In this document: positions 1-13,184 of the stretch, piece by piece
How positions within the stretch are numbered: the stretch's first letter is position 1
How the letters are laid out: each line of letters begins with the position of its first letter
Origin: Macrostomum hystrix
Lineage: Eukaryota; Animalia; Platyhelminthes
NCBI GenBank assembly: GCA_950097015.1
Contig: CATNEN010000029.1
Span: 4,154,001 to 4,218,000 of the forward strand
Length of the DNA: 64,000 bases
Reading direction: 5' to 3'
Program-made: the position numbers and the translations under genes
The notes under the pieces: model-generated
The model's database searches: none
What the model was told of the DNA's origin: nothing
What the model saw: the letters and a program-made list of their open reading frames with translations, nothing else

Positions 1-663
1 TCTAGTCAGTGATTTTTATCAGTAGTAAACTAAAATAAAAATAAATACATAATTTATGTATTTATTTTATTTTAATTATCTTAAAAAATATCAGCAATTA
101 AATTGACTGTTTTCTCGGAAAAAATATATAATTTGTGTTTCATGATGAGAGAAATCCAGCTGCCGGCTTTGTTAATAAAAAAGTATATTATAACACATGA
201 TAATAAAAAGAGGCTTGCTTCAATAGTGCATTAATGGCAACAGTCAACTGCATCTGGTCCCGACTTATACGACGCAAAAAATGAAGGCTTACTGGATTCA
301 CTCTGGTTCCACTTTACTTGGGTGTATGCATTGTTTCTGCGCGTTTTCGGCGCACACCATATGTATTCTCAATCATTAAGTTATTTGGTATCAGCTGTAT
401 GTATTTGTAGACAAATATTTAGCAAGAAAGTGTAGGCCGCTATATAAAAGTTTTGCTTACAGTGTAGCTTATATTTTGTTATATTGCAACAACAAGAACG
501 ATAAAGATTTGCAAATGTAAAACTTTCTAAGAACAGACTACAGTGTCAGCCCGTGTGTTTGTTAATTATACTGTCAAGTAAGCCGAAAACGCGTTTATCA
601 TCGCGACAGAACATTCGTTTCATATTTTAGCACATTCTTTTTAATTAAGTGTTTATTTTAAAT

Positions 664-3600
664 ATGAGACCAAGAAAACTTTCGTTGTTAGATGCAATTC
701 ATGACAGTCCTAAAGTAAGTCATTATTTATACTTTTGTGCCATTTAATTGCGATTGTACTTGTTTCAGATTAAAAAAATAAATAACATTTTAAAAATTTG
801 AATGACTTAGATATAACAGTGTAATAAGTGAACTTTAATAATATTGATAATTTTTAACAGCTAATTAGATGTTGCTAAGCCTGAAATATGCCAACATGTT
901 ATTTTTGTCCTGTACAATCTATTTTAAATGATACTGCAATTATATATTTTTTATTTTAATTCTTTACTTCACATTACTTGCAACATTTTTATTTAAGTAA
1001 AAAAAATATATTTTTGCTAAAATGGTTGCTGCCAAAGTGACTGAGTTGGTTTTAAAGTTAAACCAATAACTTTATTGGTCTACCCATGTGCCAGATGCGG
1101 CCCTCAAAGCTCTTAAATTTGGCCTATTGCCCCTTCAAACAACTACAATATCCTGTCTCATCTTTCTCATGCCTAGAGGATGAAGATCTCATCCTCTCCT
1201 TGGTTTCTTCCCTACCATGTCTCATTTCTCTTTTACCATGTCTTTCTTCCCTACTGTCTTGTCTCTCCCCTGTCTCATCTCTCCCATCAAGCACCCTGTT
1301 TCATCCCTCCCTGTCTCATCTATATATGTCTCATCTCTCCCTGGCTCATGTCTCCCATGTCTCATATTTCCGATGTCTCATCTCTCCCCTTTCTCATCCC
1401 TTCTATGTCTAATATATTCTCTGTCTAATCTCATCTATTCCTTTGTCTCATCTCTCCCTTTCTCATATTGCTACAGTTAATGTGGTCCACTGTCTTATTT
1501 TACATTCTGTCTGTGGCCGGCATGCTAATAAGTTTGCTTGATTTAGGCAATGTTTTAATTTGAAGTATAATTTAGCAAAATGAAATCCTTTGTTTTAAGA
1601 TAAGGCACTCCTAGTTTTCCAAAATTTTCCTACATTATAGGCATTCTAGCACCTAGCACTTTCTAGCTAGTTAAAGTCTAACAATAATACTATATTAAAT
1701 GGTCAAACACCCCAACTTTTAGACCCATGCAGTTCTATCAGTGTTTGAGGAAGATGCCCGGATGCTGAAGAAATTCGCCACCGAGTTCCTTGCCTTCTGT
1801 GAGAAAATCCACGCCGCCCAGCAGGCCATGGCGTCGGCCACCCAGGGACTGGCGGAGCTAATAAAAAACTATGGCGGAATGGTAAGGCCCAGTTTGAACT
1901 ACTTATAGTAGTCTGTATATGATAGTCTGGACCAATTTTAGAAGGAGGGAAGAAAAACAAGTGGAGTGAGGACGAGTGGGGAGAGGAAAGAGGAGAAAGG
2001 AGAGGATTGAAGAGTTTGATTTCCCGTTGGTATTGATTTATCGCGCCTCCTATCCAGAAATTTCCAATGGAGAAGAAAAGCTCCTGCCTGATGACCACTT
2101 TTCCTATGCTGGCTGAGTACATGGACGAGGTAAGCAAGGGCGAACTTTGTTAATATTAGGCAAATCTGCTTTCTTCTATTATCTGAGCATATCATCCAAT
2201 TATTATACTTCATTTTTTGACAGATTTTAGTTTGCTACATTTTTCAGTATCGCTGCTAAATCCCTTAACCAAAATCAAACTAGTTTAAATTATCATAGTT
2301 TTTTCTTATTATCGAAATGCACCTTGAATTCATTGACTTCCCTAATCTCGCCACTCTGTCAATGTCAGTCACTCTCCAAACACATCATTCACTCTCCAAA
2401 CACATCAGTCACTCACCAAACACATTAGTCACTCTACAAACACATTAGTCACTCTCCAAACACATCAGTCACTCACCAAACACATCAGTCACTCTCCAAA
2501 CACATCATTCACTCTGCAAACACATCAGTCACTCTCCAAACACATCAGTCACTCTACAAACACATCAGTCACTCTCCAAACACATCAATCACTCTCCAAA
2601 CACATCAAGTCACTCTCCAAACACATTCAGTCACTCTCCAACACATCCAGTCACTGCTCCAAACACATCCGTCACTGTCCAAACATCATTAGTCACTGCT
2701 CCAAACCTACATTAGGTCACTGTCCAAACACAATTCAGTCACTGTCAAACACATCCAGTCACTCTCCAAACACACCTTAGTCACTCTCCCAAACCAACAT
2801 TAGTCACTCTCCAAACACATTCAGTCACTCTACAAACACATTCAGTCACTCTACAAACACATCAATCACTCTCACAAACACAGTCAGTCACTCTCCAAAA
2901 CACATCTAGTCACTCTCAAACACATTCAGTCACTCTCCAACACATTCAGTCACTCTCCAAACACATCAGTCACTCTCCAAACACATCAGTCACTCTCCAA
3001 ACACATCATCACTCTGTCAAACACAGTCAGTCACTCTCCAAACACATCGTCACTGCTACAAACACATCACTCCCTCTACAAACACATCAGTCACTCTCCA
3101 AACACATAAGTCACTCTCCAAACACATTAGTCATTCTACAAACACATCAGTCACTCTGCAAACACATCAGTCACTCTCCAAACACATTAGTCATTCTACA
3201 AACACATCAGTCACTCTCCAAACACATCATTCACTCTCCAAACACATCAGTCACTCTCCAAACACATCAGTCACTCTCCAAACACATCAGTCACTCTCCA
3301 AACACATCAATCACTCTTCAAACCCATCAGTCACTCTCCAAACACATAAGTCACTCTCCAAACACATTAGTCATTCTACAAACACATCAGTCACTCTACA
3401 AACACATCAGTCACTCTCCAAACACATTAGTCATTCTACAAACACATCAGTCACTCTCCAAACACATCAGTCACTCTCCAAACACATCAGTCACTCTACA
3501 AACACATCAGTCACTCTCCAAACACATCAGTCACTCTCCAAACACATCAGTCACTCTCTAAACACATCAATCACTCTCCAAACACATCAGTCACTCTCCA

Positions 3601-6600
3601 AACACATCAATCACTCTCCAAACACATCAATCACTCTCCAAACACAGCAGTCACTCTCCAAACACATCAGTCACTCTCCAAACACATCAGTCACTCTCCA
3701 AACACATCAGTCACTCTCCAAACACATCAATCACTCTCCAAACACATCAGTCACTCTCCAAACACATCAGTCACTCTCCAAACACATCATTCACTCTCCA
3801 AACACATCAGTCACTCTCCAAACACATCAGTCACTCTCCAAACACATCAATCACTCTCCAAACACATCATTCACTCTCCAAACACATCATTCACTCTCCA
3901 AACACATCAGTCACTCTCCAAACACATCAGTCACTCTCCAAACACATCAGTCACTCTCCAAACACATCAGTCACTCTCCAAACACATCAATCACTCTTCA
4001 AACGCATCAGTCACTCTCCAAACACATAAGTCACTCTCCAAACACATTAGTCATTCTACAAACACATCAGTCACTCTCCAAACACATCAGTCACTCTCCA
4101 ATCACATTAGTCATTCTACAAACACATCAGTCACTCTCCAAACACATCAGTCACTCTCCAAACACATCAGTCACTCTACAAACACATCAGTCACTCTCCA
4201 AACACATCAGTCACTCTCCAAACACATCAATCACTCTCCAAACACATCAGTCACTCTCCAAACACATCAATCACTCTTCAAACGCATCAGTCACTCTCCA
4301 AACACATCAGTCACTCTCCAAACACATTAGTCATTCTACAAACACATCAGTCACTCTGCAAACACATCAGTCACTCTCCAAACACATTAGTCATTCTACA
4401 AACACATCAGTCACTCTCCAAACACATCATTCACTCTCCAAACACATCAGTCACTCTCCAAACACATCAGTCACTCTCCAAACACATCAGTCACTCTCCA
4501 AACACATCAATCACTCTTCAAACCCATCAGTCACTCTCCAAACACATAAGTCACTCTCCAAACACATTAGTCATTCTACAAACACATCAGTCACTCTACA
4601 AACACATCAGTCACTCTCCAAACACATCAGTCACTTCTACAAACACATCAGTCACTCTCCAAACACATCAGTCACTCTCCAAACACATCAGTCACTCTCC
4701 AAACACATCAGTCACTCTCCAAACACATCAGTCACTCTCCAAACACATCAGTCACTCTCCAAACACATCAATCACTCTCCAAACACATCAGTCACTCTCC
4801 AAACACATCAAGTCACTCTCCAAACACATCAGTCACTCTCCAAACACATCAGTCACTCTCCAAACACATCAGTCACTCTCCAAACACATCAGTCACTCTC
4901 CAAACACATCAGTCACTCTCCAAACACATCAGTCACTCTCCAAACACATCAGTCACTCTCCAAACACATCAGTCACTCTCCAAACACATCAGTCACTCTC
5001 CAAACACATCAGTCACTCTCCAAACACATCAGTCACTCTCCAAACACATCAGTCACTCTCCAAAACACATCAGTCACTCTCCAAACACATCAGTCACTCT
5101 CCAAACACATCAGTCACTCTCCAAACACATCAGTCACTCTCAAAACACATCAGTCACTCTCCAAACACATCAGTCACTCTCCAAACACATCAGTCACTCT
5201 CCAAACACATCAGTCACTCTCCAAACACATCAGTCACTCTCCAAACACATCAGTCACTCTCCAATACACATCAGTCACTCTCCAAACACATCAGTCACTC
5301 TCCAAACACATCAGTCACTCTCCAAACACATCAGTCACTCTCCAAACACATAAGTCACTCTCCAAACACATCAGTCACTCTCCAAACACATCAGTCACTC
5401 TCCCAGGTCACTAGCATGGCATAGTTTCATACAGTAAGTTGTTTCTAAATGCAACCTCGCTGGTTTAAATGTTCACTTTTAGATTGGCGCAATGCATCTG
5501 AAACTGGCTGGCCAGATCTCGAGCTCAATGATTTCTCCTCTTAGTCGGTTTATTAAAGCCGACCTAGAAGGTTATATTTTATTGGGATGAACCAAATCAG
5601 ATTGAAATATTCGTTTTATTTATGTTTCTTTTGGTCATTGCTAGTCTAATTTGTATTTAGTAGGTACTGGTTGCACTTGAAACAAAATCCACTCCTACGT
5701 TTTTCTATAGTACAAATTTACTGGCTCACAATGTTTACGGGTTATTTCTCTTTGTTTAATTATTTGTTCTTTTGTTCTTTAGCGCATACCGTACGATAAA
5801 ATTGACAAGATTTAAACGTGATGGCTTCATTATTATTTCCAGAACTGATGCAGCTGCAAAATCTTTACTGGCTAATTAGCGACGGTGAGATATGATTTAT
5901 CTTTAGTTAACTGATAATCTGCATTAACAATGACTTTACTGTTTGAGTTCTTTACCAATTGACCGCAGAGCACGAACTATCTGTTCAGCGCTACTCCAAG
6001 CTCACGACTGGGTGCAGTTTGCAGTCTGAATGCGACGCAGCTGACGAGGTCTACCATATGCGCAAGAAACTCCACAGGGTGAGAACGAGCTGCTCACTTT
6101 GTACTGGCTAGTTTCTCAGATCCCCAGTTTGTACTGTCTAGTTTCTCAGATCCCCAGTTTGTACTGTCTAGTTTCTCAGATCCCCAGTTTGTACTGGCTA
6201 GTTTCTCAGATCCCCAGTTTGTACTGGCTAGTTTCTCAGATCCCCAGTTTGTACTGGCTAGTTTCCCAGATCCCCAGTTTGTACTGGCTAGTTTCTCAGA
6301 TCCCCAGTTTGTACTGGCTAGTTTCCCAGATCCCCAGTTTGTACTGGCTAGTTTCCCAGATCCCCAGTTTGTACTGGCTAGTTTCTCAGATCCCCAGTTT
6401 GTACTGGCTAGTTTTCCCAGATCCCCAGTTTGTACTGTCTAGTTTCTCAGATCCCCAGTTTGTACTGGCTAGTTTCTCAGATCCCCAGTTTGTACTGGCT
6501 AGTTTCTCAGATCCCCAGTTTGTACTGTCTAGTTTCCCAGATCCCCAGTTTGTACTGTCTAGTTTCTCAGATCCCCAGTTTGTACTGTAGCTAGTTTCCC

Positions 6601-9600
6601 AGATCCCCAGTTTGTACTGGCTAGTTTCCCAGATCCCCATTGTACTGGCCAGTTTCCCAGATCCCCAGTTTGTACTGGCTAGTTTCCAAGATCCCCAAGT
6701 TTGTACTGGCTAGTTTCCCAGATCCCAGTTTGTACTGGCCAGTTTCCAGATCCCCAGTTTGTAACTGGCTAGTTTCCAAGATCCCCAGTTTGTACTAGCT
6801 AGTTTCCAAGATCCCCAGTTTGTACTGGCTAGTTTCTCAGATCCCCAGTTTGTACTGGCTAGTTTCCAAGATCCCCAGTTTGTACTAGCTAGTTTCCAAG
6901 ATCCCCAGTTTGTACTGGCTAGTTTCCAAAGATCCCCAGTTTGTACTGGCTAGTTTTCTCAGATCCCCAGTTTGTACTGGCTAGTTTCCCAGATCCCCAG
7001 TTTGTACTGGCTAGTTTCTCAGATCCCCAGTTTGTACTGGCTAGTTTCCCAGATCCCCAGTTTGTACTGGCTAGTTTCCAAGATCCCCAGTTTGTACTGG
7101 CTAGTTTCCCAGATCCCCAGTTTGTACTGGCTAGTTTCCCAGATCCCCAGTTTGTACTGGCCAGTTTCCCAGATCCCCAGTTTGTACTGGCTAGTTTCCC
7201 AGATCCCCAGTTTGTACTGGCTAGTTTCTCAGATCCCCAGTTTGTACTGGCCAGTTTCCCAGATCCCCAGTTTGTACTGGCTAGTTTCCCAGATCCCCAG
7301 TTTGTACTGGCTAGTTTCCCTTGGGCAATCATCTTCCAGACTGCTCTGCACTACTTCTCGTCAATGAACTTGGTGCAGCAGCGTCGCCAGATGGCCCTTC
7401 TGGAGCCGCTGGCTGGCCATCTGCAGGCGCACTTAGGCCTGTTTAAAATGGAACAAGAGTTTGCCGACAGGCGCGACTTAGACACTCTGAGCGGCAATTC
7501 GAGGGGATTGTTGCTATGGTAAATATTTTCAAAATTGATTCTTTTTAGGAGTTTTGCTATTTTTGCGTCCCATGGTAATTGTTTTGCTCGGCTGTTGTCA
7601 TGGCAAAATTTTCGATTGATTGTTGTCATGATAAAATGTTTGGGCTACTGTCGCTATTGTAATCTGTGGTTGGTAGATGGTTCCATGGCTACAAGAACTG
7701 TTTCGCTTCATCTGAATCAAACCCGGCCCTGCAGCCTTCAGCGCGAGTTCGACATTGAACGCGCCGCCGCTGTCACCGCGGTGGCTCAACTAGAATCAGC
7801 CTACCCCGACTCGGCCTTCTTTCCCGATGTCGCTGAACAGCAGCAGCAGCAGCAGCAGCAGTTCCAGCAGCAGTCGTCGTCGTCTAAAAGACGGCCATTG
7901 TGCGGCTATCTAATGCAGCGCTGCAGACTCTCCGCCGGCGGTCAGTCACGCTGGGAACGGTTGCACTTCTCGTTGCGCCGCGGCGGCCGGCTTGAAATCG
8001 CCGCCCGAGGGCGTCTGTCTCGGGCCGGCTCGCCCGCCAAGTCCGTCATCAGCATGCGACCCCCGGCCGAGGGCGGATGCGGAGCTTCGGCTACGGCGGC
8101 CGCGATGGACGACCGGAGGAATGTGTTCATAGTGACAGTTCCCGGAGCTTGGTGAGTGTTTGAGCACTGTGCTCACTGTGCCAGCTCCGTCAGAACAATT
8201 AGCCCCTTTATTCCGGTCCAACAGCCCGCTGATCCTTCAAGCGGAGAGCGCCAGAGAGCGCGACAACTGGATTAGCGCCATCGCCGAGGCTGCCGCTGCG
8301 GGGCCATCGACATCACCGTCTGGGGCCAACGACAGCGCAGAAGAAGATTCGGATGACAACGATTTTGAAGACAACGTGGAGCCCAGTGAAAGCTCAGATG
8401 AAGCCAGCGATTCGCGGGACGATCCGCTGTGGCTCGACGGTTCGAAGCGGTCATCGATGTCGATGGCGCTTAGCTCCGACTTCGACAAGGGCGCCGGTGT
8501 CTCGGTGGCCGGCGCAGCGTTCTGTCGCTCATTTCCAGTTCGCCTGATCAGCCGCTGCCTGGCCAAGCCTGACGCAGTGGCCGACGCGGTCCTAGAGGCA
8601 TCGGTTGTAACAGCCTCTACTAGCGAAGATTCCGGCCAGCTGCTGACGCTGACCGTGTCAGAGCTCGGGGTCTGGCTAGTGGAGCCGGACTCGCGCCTCA
8701 TTCGCTGCCGCCTGCCTCTGGGCCGGGCTCGGATTTGCCAGGCTGGCCGGCGGCTTCTGGGCCTGACTGCCGTCCCCGCCTCCAAGAAGCCGCCACGACG
8801 AGTAGAATGCCTGGCTCTACGTCTAACATCCCTGTCTGATGCCGATTCGGCGAGCACCACGGAGTCAGTGCTGGCCGCTGTCAGCGCCGCGGCCTGGAGC
8901 GCCGATGTGGCGCACGAGAAAGAGACGGTTGGCTGGCGCTTCTGCTATGGGAATGAGGGCGTGACTGAGAATGAGGGAGTGACTGAGAATGAGAGAGTGA
9001 CTGAGAATGAGGGAGTGACTGAGAATGAGGGAGTGACTAAGAATGAGAGAGTGACTAAGAATGAGAGAGTGACTGAGAATGAGGGAGTGACTGAGAATGA
9101 GAGAGTGACTGAGAATGAGGGAGTGACTGAGAATGAGGGAGTGACTGAGAATGAGAGAGTGACTGAGAATGAGGGAGTGACTGAGAATGAGGGAGTGACT
9201 GAGAATGAGAGAGTGACTGAGAATGAGGGAGTGACTGAGAATGAGGGAGTGACTGAGAATGAGGGAGTGACTGAGAATGAGAGAGTGACTGAGAATGAGG
9301 GAGTGACTGAGAATGAGAGAGTGACTGAGAATGAGAGAGTGACTGAGAATGAGGGAGTGACTGAGAATGAGGGAGTGACTGAGAATGAGAGAGTGACTGA
9401 GAATGAGGGAGTGACTGAGAATGAGGGAGTGACTGAGAATGTGACTGACTTTAGACTGACAACTGGTAGATAATAGTCACGCAATCAACCCCCGGCACAA
9501 TGCGCAGGCGCTGTTGCTGTCAAACATTAGCCGCCTGCCGAACGCTTCTCCGCCAAAGCCGCCGCCGCGTCAACAGTCGGGCACTTCAAGCATCGGCGGT

Positions 9601-9717
9601 AGTGGTAGTGGCATCGGTGGATTGAATCATCCAGAGAATGCCGACGATGAACATCATCAGCCGGAGGATCTGGATGGCAGTGAAAATGACGATGAGAAGC
9701 TGGAGTCGCTGGCCTAA
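664..9717 (+). CDS. APPL1: APPL1/2-like adaptor protein (BAR-PH-PTB; DCC-interacting protein 13 family), 10 coding exons, 676 aa
   Basis: Exons with GT-AG ends and consistent phases: 664-714 (MRPRKLSLLDAIHDSPK), 1723-1881 (THAVLSVFEEDARMLKKF...), 2058-2129, 5483-5570, 5843-5884, 5969-6078 (HELSVQRYSKL...DEVYHMRKKLHR), 7340-7518 (TALHYFSSMN...MALLEPLAGHLQAHLGLFKM), 7735-8151 (PH: CGYLMQR...WERLHF...DDRRNVF), 8225-8927 (LILQAESARERDNWISAI then PTB-like region), 9508-9717. Total 2031 nt = 677 codons. Motifs track human APPL1 as recalled (DSPQTRSLLGVFEED; ALLEPLLGYMQAQISFFKMG; ILQAESKKDHEEWICTI). The last donor (GTTGGC at 8928) is the weakest junction. Confidence 0.9.
1065..1546 (+). mobile_element. 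Decayed copy of the hAT-type MITE seen intact at 57740-58301, carrying the 16-bp TCTCATCTCTCCC-type minisatellite (APPL intron 1)
   Basis: GCCAGATGCGGCCCTCAAAGCTCTTAAATTTGGCCTATTGCCC (~1090-1133) matches GCCAGATGCGGCCCTCGAAGCTCCCAAATCCGGCCCGTTGCCC (~57767-57809); right part CTACAGTTAATGTGGTCCACTGTC...TAATAAGTTTGC matches ATACAGTCAATGCGGCCCGCTGTC...AAATAAGTTTGC at 58226-58292. Termini eroded, no TSD recognisable. Confidence 0.75.
2366..5404. repeat. 20-bp minisatellite (CAGTCACTCTCCAAACACAT)n, ~150 copies, APPL intron 3
   Basis: Direct reading of the tandem unit; variants TCATTCTACA, CATAAG, CTGCA; indel-rich stretch ~2580-3060. Confidence 0.97.
6098..7320. repeat. 30-bp minisatellite (TTTGTACTGGCTAGTTTC[TC]CAGATCCCCAG)n, ~41 copies, APPL intron 6
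   Basis: Tandem unit visible; explains YWLVSQIPSL / DPQFVLASF / STNWGSGKLA ORFs. Confidence 0.97.
8950..9445. repeat. 18-bp minisatellite (GAGAATGAG[GA]GAGTGACT)n, ~27 copies, APPL intron 9
   Basis: Tandem unit visible; reads ENEGVT/ENERVT in frame with exon 9. Confidence 0.95.
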
Positions 9718-10303
9718 AACATTTTGTCTGGTTTGTTGAAAAGCTTTGAAGCTTTGAATTTTCCGGACAGCAGTAAACTATCATTGATAAAAATATCTAG
9801 AAAGAATATGGATTTTAAAAACCTCTCAGTTGCTTATAATAGTAGCGTGCCTTCTTATCAATATATATTTTTTCGCACATGCATCGTATTTGTTTACTTT
9901 CTCAGTGGTCGATGGTCTACAAAATTTAAAGGTAATTTATTTAATTCGGTATTTATTTGAAGTCCAGGTGAAATTAATGCATTACATCTGATTGCTTTGA
10001 GTGCATAGCTTCATAGTGACGTAAATGATATACATTTTTGTTCCTTATTATTTTATTCAGATTTACCGTCTAAATTGATGTAGCATTGTGTTTGTAAGTG
10101 CGCGAAAAGTTTCTAATATTAAGCGCAATAAACTGACACACAAAAATATAATCGACCCTATTTATAGCCTTAATATTCGTATTTAAAGTGCAACGGCCAC
10201 TGGTATGGTACTTGAAAAAATATAGCAGTATTGTTCTTTAGAACAGGATGTTTTGTAATTTCTTCATTTTCATTTTACGAGATTATGTTTAATCTGTTCT
10301 AAC

Positions 10304-11698
10304 GGATAACTGAAGCACCAGTGGGATAACTGAAGCACCAGTGGGATAACTGAAGCACCAGTGGGATAACCAAAGCACCAGTGGAATAACTAAAGCACCA
10401 GTGGAATAACTAAAGCACCAGTGGGATAACTGAAGCACCAGTGGGATAACTGAAGCACCAGTGGGATAACTGAAGCACCAGTGGGATAACTGAAGCACCA
10501 GTGGGATAACCAAAGCACCAGTGGAATAACCAAAGCACCAGTGGAATAACTAAAGCACCAGTGGAATAACTAAAGCACCAGTGGGATAACTGAAGCACCA
10601 GTGGGATAACTGAAGCACCAGTGGGATAACCAAAGCACCAGTGGAATAACTAAAGCACCAGTGGAATAACTAAAGCACCAGTGGGATAACTAAAGCACCA
10701 GTGGGATAACTAAAGTACCAGTGGGATAACTAAAGTACCAGTGGGATAACCAAAGCAGCAGTTGGATAAGTGATACACCAGTGGGATAACCAAAGTACCA
10801 GTGGGATAAGTGATACACCAGTGGATAACAAGTACCAGTGGGATAAGTGATACACCAGTGGGATAACCAAAGTACCAGTGGGATAAGTGATACACCAGTG
10901 GGATAACCAAAGTACCAGTGGGATAACCAAAGCAGTAGTGGGATAACCAAAGTACCAGTAGGATAACCAAAGCAGCAGTGGGATAACCAAAGTACCAGTG
11001 GGATAATCAAAGCAGCAGTGGGATAACCAAAGTACCAGTAGGATAACCAAAGCAGCAGTGGAATAACTGATACACCAGTGGGATAACCAAAGTACCAGTG
11101 GGATAACCAAAGCAGCAGTGGGATAACCAAAGTACCAGTAGGATAACCAAAGCAGCAGTGGGATAACTGATACACCAGTGGGATAACCAAAGTACCAGTG
11201 GGATAACCAAAGCAGCAGTGGGATAACTGATACACCAGTGGGATAACCAAAGCAGCAGTGGGATAACCAAAGTACCAGTAGGATAACCAAAGCAGCAGTG
11301 GGATAACTGATACACCAGTGGGATAACCAAAGTACCAGTGGGATAACCAAAGCAGCAGTGGGATAACTGATACACCAGTGGGATAACCAAAGTACCAGTG
11401 GGATAACCAAAGCAGCAGTGGGATAACTGATACACCAGTGGGATAACCAAAGCAGCAGTGGGATAACTGATACACCAGTGGGATAACCAAAGCACCAGTG
11501 GGATAACTGATACACCAGTGGGATAACCAAAGTACCAGTGGGATAACCAAAGCAGCAGTGGGATAACTGATACACCAGTGGGATAACCAAAGCAGCAGTG
11601 GGATAACCAAAGTACCAGTAGGATAACCAAAGCAGCAGTGGGATAACCAAAGCAGCAGTGGGATAACTGAAGCACCAGTGGGATAACTGAACTACCAG
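10304..11698. repeat. 20-bp minisatellite (GTGGGATAAC-TGAAGCACCA and variants)n, ~70 copies, between APPL and G-beta 3' ends
   Basis: Constant half CAGTGGGATAAC with variable half TGAAGCAC / TAAAGCAC / CAAAGTAC / CAAAGCAG / TGATACAC. Confidence 0.97.
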
Positions 11699-13184
11699 AA
11701 AAATAAATAAAACAGAACAAAAACCGACAAGTGTTTCAGTTAACGAGTCGTTATTATAATTATTATTCTGGCTCTCCACTTTATTCAAACGGCTAATAGT
11801 GTATTTTATAATAGCTTTTGTTGTTGCTGTCTATTTGCTTTTTTGAAACGACAGTCTGCGATAATTGGACTTTGAGGGGAGCGTTGCTGTAGGGGGGTCA
11901 CACAGAGAGACAAAATGGGGAACAGAGCTTGCATAATACAAATAGAAAAAGCACAGTGACTAATATAAATGTGTTATGCACGTAATATGTCAACTATAGA
12001 AATATGCAACTAACCAGTCGCCCTTGTATTTAATAATCGGGATAATTATAGGGAGCAATGCAAATTAATTCTAGAATCGAGCAAGCTGGCCGCGGGTGCT
12101 GTAAAAAACTGCTTAAAGAACAGAAAAATAAGAGACAAACACTGTGTAAGCAGAAGTTATATGTGTATAGTTATTAATCAGATTATAAGCATTTACGAGT
12201 ATTCGCATTATCATGATCGTCAGGTTCATTGGTAGCCTGTCGTGGAAAATAACTGAGAGCTATTGCAGAAAATTCACTTGATTAAAAATGTCTTTGCAAT
12301 CGAGTTATTTAATTTAAACCAGATTCGTGTTTTTTTAACGAAGCAAAAATAACAGTCACAGAAATTTGTTAAAGTTAAGAGCCTAATTTAACGTGAAAAT
12401 GGGGCATTTTAAAAAAGCAACAACAACAAAGGGCCACGGACAATAAGTATTCGAATTATGCTTACTGAATTTACTAACTAAATTTGAATTCCAGCGTAAA
12501 ACTATTATCTTCGTTATCTTCTTCTCTTTGTTGCTCCTGGCCTTTTATGGTCTTCTTCTTTCTAAGAAACAATTTGCACAACATTGAATATACCAAGGAT
12601 TTATATTCATATTAAACTGTTAATAAGCGAATCGTTGCCTGTTCGTGCCTTTCCACTCTTTTTGGCCTTAAGAGTTGACAAGCGAACAAAAAATGGGGAA
12701 ACGGAGAATAATAATAATAAGACAGTTTTGAGGACGAAAAACAAATCCATAGTGGCTACTGATAGTAGAGTAAATAAAGCGATTTTATTGGAACTAGCAA
12801 AAGCAGTCTAGATAGGATATGCTGCTCTGGTTGGGAGGGGGAACAGATTACACAGAAGTAAAATTTATGCAAGTTTTTAACAATGTAATAATAATAGAAT
12901 TATAGAATTATCGTCACAAAGTTAATAGATATACTATAGTGTGCTTCTTTTTTACCGCGACTGGGATTAGTCTGTAAGAGGATTAAAACAGGGCTACGAT
13001 ACTGACTAGCAATGCTTTGTTAGAAAAGAAGACATGTAATAGTGTAATCAGATGCGTGCGTGAGTGAGTGCGTTCGTGACAGGGAGGGGAGATATAGGGA
13101 TGAGGCGAAACCAGACAAACCAAGTAGGCATGCATTCAACCAAGTTTAAAGTTTAAGCGGAATTGGAATCGTTCACACCTTTGT

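Noticed and set aside
7519-7734. Apparent stop after LLLW (7520-7522) suggesting APPL is a pseudogene
   Set aside because: A phase-2 GT-AG intron (7519-7734) removes the stop and restores the frame.
10289-11788. Hydrophobic repeat ORFs on the minus strand; array superficially CRISPR-like
   Set aside because: 20-bp tandem units with only a few recurring variants, no unique spacers and no cas genes; eukaryotic context.
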